Below are positions 44,783 through 44,952 of a stretch of DNA of 44,952 nucleotides, one piece after another (position 1 is the first letter of the stretch; each line of letters begins with the position of its first letter). The translations under genes were made by a program, and so were the position numbers. The notes beneath the pieces were generated by a model. That model had not been told where the DNA came from, searched no databases, and saw nothing but the letters and a program-made list of their open reading frames with translations. The stretch comes from Candidatus Pacearchaeota archaeon (GTDB lineage Bacteria; Patescibacteriota; Minisyncoccia; Minisyncoccales; GCA-002788555): positions 1-44,952 of the forward strand of contig DAOPTN010000001.1 in assembly GCA_035349995.1 (NCBI GenBank). Reading direction: 5' to 3'.

Positions 44783-44952
44783 GATTGGAATTTGGAATTT
44801 GGAATTTGGAATTTAATAGTTTACGCGCAACGCCAACGTTTACCGTATCACGTTAAACGGTAGCGCAGCGAAGCGAACGACGAAGCAATCCCATTGTATG
44901 TTTGTGGACGTGCAACGGGATCGCCACGTCGTCCACTCACCTTTTACTAAGG

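Larger units (their letters stand above)
44100..44952. repeat. Composite repeat locus B (runs to the window edge): MITE-type left end, GC-rich hairpin modules, low-complexity arms, 168-bp unit
   Basis: It starts with CAAGTTTTTAACGCAACAAT, the same terminus as the MITE copies. It contains 44615..44782 (168-bp unit) bracketed by (CCAAATT)n and (GGAATTT)n arms, and GACGAAGCAATCCC...GATCGCCACG, which is shared with 40397..40449. Confidence 0.8.

Overview
This is an AT-rich bacterial window with compact, mostly minus-strand housekeeping genes. By inference it resembles a Candidate Phyla Radiation / Patescibacteria-type genome. Recognisable content: groES-groEL behind a CIRCE operator, rplJ-rplL, aspS, metG, alaS, tsaD, a sufS / OCD-family / cysK / sufE block, a NadM-NadE fusion, a CheY-like regulator plus histidine kinase, two GH130 and two GT4 genes, tRNA-Ser(GGA), tRNA-Val(CAC), and a C-M-R type II restriction-modification cassette beside tRNA-Ser. 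The rRNA genes are unlinked. The 16S (about 2.58 kb) carries an 885-nt insertion encoding a LAGLIDADG endonuclease in the 1400 decoding-centre region, plus a ~120-nt V2 insertion. The 23S-5S unit lies ~14 kb away, and its 23S is ~3.74 kb because of at least six helix-tip insertions. Most unusual observations: (1) a 96-nt segment with one mismatch sits in two different 23S helices, a diverged copy sits in a third, and parts of it recur in intergenic DNA, which suggests a hairpin-type repeat family that colonises rRNA. (2) Two large composite intergenic repeat loci (39.9-40.5 kb and 44.1 kb to the window end) are built from low-complexity inverted arms, a 168-bp unit and GC-rich short hairpin modules, and there is also a TIR-bounded MITE-like element. 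(3) The 16S 3' tail has no CCUCC anti-Shine-Dalgarno and the start codons I inspected have no SD, with at least one apparently leaderless promoter. rRNA ends, helix assignments and repeat borders were read by eye, with helix assignments made against the E. coli rRNA sequence as I remember it, so they are approximate (+/- 10-20 nt).
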